DNA of 64,000 bases from Agathobacter sp. GTDB lineage: Bacteria > Bacillota > Clostridia > Lachnospirales > Lachnospiraceae. The DNA is taken from contig JBNMJQ010000005.1 in NCBI GenBank assembly GCA_050873865.1, positions 14,625 to 78,624 of the forward strand. Reading direction: 5' to 3'. This document shows, piece after piece, positions 61,258 through 64,000 of this stretch (its first letter is position 1; each line of letters begins with the position of its first letter). Under the pieces are notes generated by a model, which worked only from the letters and a program-made list of their open reading frames with translations, made no database searches and was not told the DNA's origin. The position numbers and the translations under genes were made by a program.

Positions 61258-62133
61258 ATGACAGTAAAAATCGGAAGAAATGATCCGTGTTGGTGTGGAA
61301 GCGGACGTAAATACAAGGCATGCCACGCAGCGTTTGATGAAAGAATCGCTCAGGCAGCAGCACTGGGACATAAGGTTCCAACGCATGATATGATCAAAAC
61401 ACCGGATCAGATTGCAGGAATTAAGGAAAGCGCCAAAATCAATGTTGCGGTGCTTGATTACATTGAAGAACATATTCACGCCGGAATGAGTACGGCAGAA
61501 ATCGATAAGATTGTATATGACATGACAACGCAGATGGGAGGAATCCCGGCACCGCTCAACTACGAAGGGTATCCATACAGCGTATGCACATCTGTCAATG
61601 ATCAGGTGTGCCACGGGTTTCCCTCAGAAAAGGTAATCTTAAAAGATGGGGATATCGTAAATGTTGATTGCTCCACTATTTTAAATGGTTATTTTTCCGA
61701 CTCGTCCCGCATGTTCTGCATTGGCGAGGTAAGTCCGGAAAAGAAGAAGCTGGTGCAGGTCACAAAAGAATGCGTAGAACTTGGTCTGGCTCAGGTAAAA
61801 CCGTGGGGATATCTGGGTGATATGGGACAGGCGGTGCATGATCATGCCTTTGAGAACGGATATACAGTTGTGCGCGAGATTGGTGGACATGGTGTCGGAC
61901 TTGAATTCCATGAGGAACCGTGGGTTGGATATAACACGAAGCGCGGCACAGACATTCTGATGGTGCCGGGTATGATGTTTACCATTGAGCCGATGGTAAA
62001 TATGGGAAAAGCAGATATTTTTATTGATGATGCCAACGGCTGGGAAGTGTATACGGAGGATCGTAAGCCTTCCGCGCAATGGGAGATTCAGGTTCTTGTG
62101 ACCGAGGATGGTTACGAGGTTATCAGTTGGTAG
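61258..62133 (+). CDS. map: Methionine aminopeptidase with N-terminal SEC-C motif
   Basis: GRNDPCWCGSGRKYKACH, CTSVNDQVCHG, GHGVG..FHEEP, FTIEPM. Confidence 0.93.
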   Translation: MTVKIGRNDPCWCGSGRKYKACHAAFDERIAQAAALGHKVPTHDMIKTPDQIAGIKESAKINVAVLDYIEEHIHAGMSTAEIDKIVYDMTTQMGGIPAPLNYEGYPYSVCTSVNDQVCHGFPSEKVILKDGDIVNVDCSTILNGYFSDSSRMFCIGEVSPEKKKLVQVTKECVELGLAQVKPWGYLGDMGQAVHDHAFENGYTVVREIGGHGVGLEFHEEPWVGYNTKRGTDILMVPGMMFTIEPMVNMGKADIFIDDANGWEVYTEDRKPSAQWEIQVLVTEDGYEVISW

Positions 62134-62151
62134 AATACAGGGGATAGCGTA

Positions 62152-63216
62152 ATGAATGTTTTGGCGGATGAAAAGAATTATCGGATCGGCGGGAGATATA
62201 CATGGCAGGATGGCAGACTTTGTCTGTCCTTTTCTGCTTCCTATGTAGAGTTTGCATTCTGTGGAAGAAAAATAACTGCACAGATAGAATCCGATGATTT
62301 TGCAGAGGATGAGACGTTAAAGGCGTGGGTAGCGGTATTTGTAAACGGAGCGGATGTTCCGGTACACCGGTTTCCGCTGAAAAAGGGTCTCCATGGATAT
62401 GAGATATTTACATCAGATGCAGCGGAGGCTGCAACCGTGCGGATCATGAAGTATTCTGAGAATGCGTTCGGCATGGTCGCAATCGCGGATATAGAGATTG
62501 AGGATGGAGAGATCCTGCCCTGCCCAAAGAGCAATGACCGGCTGATCGAATTCATTGGCGATTCTATTACCTGTGGGTATGGAATCGAGGGTGTTCTGGA
62601 TAAAGATGTATTCACGACGGCGCAGGAGAATCCGTGGAATGCGTATGCCTGTCTGACGGCAAGAAAATTGGGGATGGATTTTGAGCTGGTAAGCTGGAGC
62701 GGAAACGGCATTATTTCCCATTATGTAGAGGAGACGGTAAATGAGCCGCGCCTTGAGAAGCCGCTTATGCCACAGCTTTATCCATATGCGGATCTTGAGC
62801 TTGAAACCAGATTGGGAAAGACTGCAGACTTTACGGTATGGAATCCGAAGAGACGCCCGGATATCATTGTGATCCACCTGGGAACAAATGACTGCAGCTA
62901 TGCGCGTGAGATTCCGGAGCGCAATGAGATGTTCCGCAGAGGCTATATTAACTTTGTACATAAGTTAAGGGAGACACATCCGCATACCCCGATCGTCTGC
63001 ATGCTTGGAATCATGGATCAGCGGCTAAACAAGACGCTGGGAGAGACGGTGAACCAGCTGAGAGCGGAAGGTGATCAGAATATCTGCTTTCTGGATACAC
63101 CATTCCAGGATGAGAGAGATGGAATGGGAACGGACTGCCATCCGAGCGCGGTCACGCATGAAAAGCTTGCAAAGCGTTTATGCGCATTCATGGAAGAGAA
63201 TGTGCATATGAAGTAG
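62152..63216 (+). CDS. SGNH/GDSL esterase (carbohydrate esterase family 2-like)
   Basis: IEFIGDSITCGYG, WSG, LGTND, DCHPS. Confidence 0.88.
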   Translation: MNVLADEKNYRIGGRYTWQDGRLCLSFSASYVEFAFCGRKITAQIESDDFAEDETLKAWVAVFVNGADVPVHRFPLKKGLHGYEIFTSDAAEAATVRIMKYSENAFGMVAIADIEIEDGEILPCPKSNDRLIEFIGDSITCGYGIEGVLDKDVFTTAQENPWNAYACLTARKLGMDFELVSWSGNGIISHYVEETVNEPRLEKPLMPQLYPYADLELETRLGKTADFTVWNPKRRPDIIVIHLGTNDCSYAREIPERNEMFRRGYINFVHKLRETHPHTPIVCMLGIMDQRLNKTLGETVNQLRAEGDQNICFLDTPFQDERDGMGTDCHPSAVTHEKLAKRLCAFMEENVHMK

Positions 63217-63258
63217 GGCGCAGGCCTGTACGAATATATAACACTTGGGAGTAGTATA

Positions 63259-64000
63259 ATGAGTGGAGAAACAAACGAAAATAAGAAGGTAAATGCCGAG
63301 AACCCGACCCGAAAGAAAAAGAAAGGATTTAAGAGATGGTATCGGAAATGGAGGAAACCGTTGCTGCGGTCTGTATCGGCAGGAGCAATTGTGGCAATCC
63401 TTTATCTGATCGTTGCATTTTCAGGTATTCCGTTTATTGCAAAATGGAGAACACTTTATATTGAAACCGCCATGAGCACACATAGCCACCAATGGCTGGC
63501 AGAGGCGTTTTTCCCGAAGAGCGTTGTGGATAAGGTTGTAGACCAGAAAATGGCAGACCTCGAGCAGCAGGAAGACTTAAACAGTGATTGGCAGGATGTT
63601 ACCGGCAATACGGAAGAGGAGACGGATAGCAAGACAGCTTTCTTTGAACAATATTGGGAATTGGATTCAGAGTCCGTACATGCATATCTGGATGCGCGCC
63701 CGTATCTGACGGAGAATGGGTATGATTCCCTTCTGATTGAAGATATGGACAATACACTAGGACTTCAGACAGCAAAGGGAGACAAGCTTCTTGTGGCGGA
63801 TGTTGCGAACAACCTGCTGATCGTTGGTGTCAGCGGAGAAGGCTATGTCGGAAAAATGGCAATCGTAAAGAACCCTGCCCAGGTTGATCTGGTAGAGTCC
63901 AAGTCGCTCGGCAGTTTTGGCGAACTTGCAGAATCTTATGGGGAACGCACGGATGCTCTGCTGGTTATAAATGCCAGTGGATTTAAGGACCCGGAGGGAC
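63259..64000 (+). CDS. Phosphodiester glycosidase (NAGPA/EpsL-like) protein, partial
   Basis: Manual translation: basic N-terminus, TM, WRTLYIETAMSTHSHQWLA, GKMAIVKNP, INASGFKDPEG. Runs off the right edge. Confidence 0.75.
   Translation, partial: MSGETNENKKVNAENPTRKKKKGFKRWYRKWRKPLLRSVSAGAIVAILYLIVAFSGIPFIAKWRTLYIETAMSTHSHQWLAEAFFPKSVVDKVVDQKMADLEQQEDLNSDWQDVTGNTEEETDSKTAFFEQYWELDSESVHAYLDARPYLTENGYDSLLIEDMDNTLGLQTAKGDKLLVADVANNLLIVGVSGEGYVGKMAIVKNPAQVDLVESKSLGSFGELAESYGERTDALLVINASGFKDPEG

Overview
A mostly core-chromosome segment from a spore-forming Lachnospiraceae-like Firmicute (Roseburia/Eubacterium-type proteins). Gene order: partial dnaD-like gene, murC, glgCD, spoVG, pth, mfd, prsA-like, aroK, murA, HD-GYP, SAM-I riboswitch plus metK, a two-component system, MCP, rluA-like, patatin, TPR-GGDEF, cca, cotS-like, hup-yabO-yabP-yabQ-divIC-spoIIE-tilS-hpt-ftsH, tRNA-Tyr, a LacI/malQ/maltodextrin ABC/amylase locus, MCP, plsC, ECF sigma/anti-sigma with an MBOAT-DHHW O-acylation operon, veg, sipL-like, NlpC/P60, yqeY, map and a CE2 esterase. 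No integrase, transposase, phage gene or CRISPR array was seen. The most unusual signals are non-coding. (1) Two homologous intergenic elements (about 330 nt and about 610 nt, opposite orientation) each fold into one long rod, with compensatory base changes between copies. (2) All four sporulation genes that follow a vegetative gene have their Shine-Dalgarno paired to an anti-SD arm that overlaps their own predicted promoter. (3) A candidate C-rich sRNA lies after ftsH. (4) A DnaA-box cluster lies upstream of the dnaD-like gene. (5) Three inactivating lesions are confined to the maltodextrin ABC genes. All alignments and folds were done by eye.
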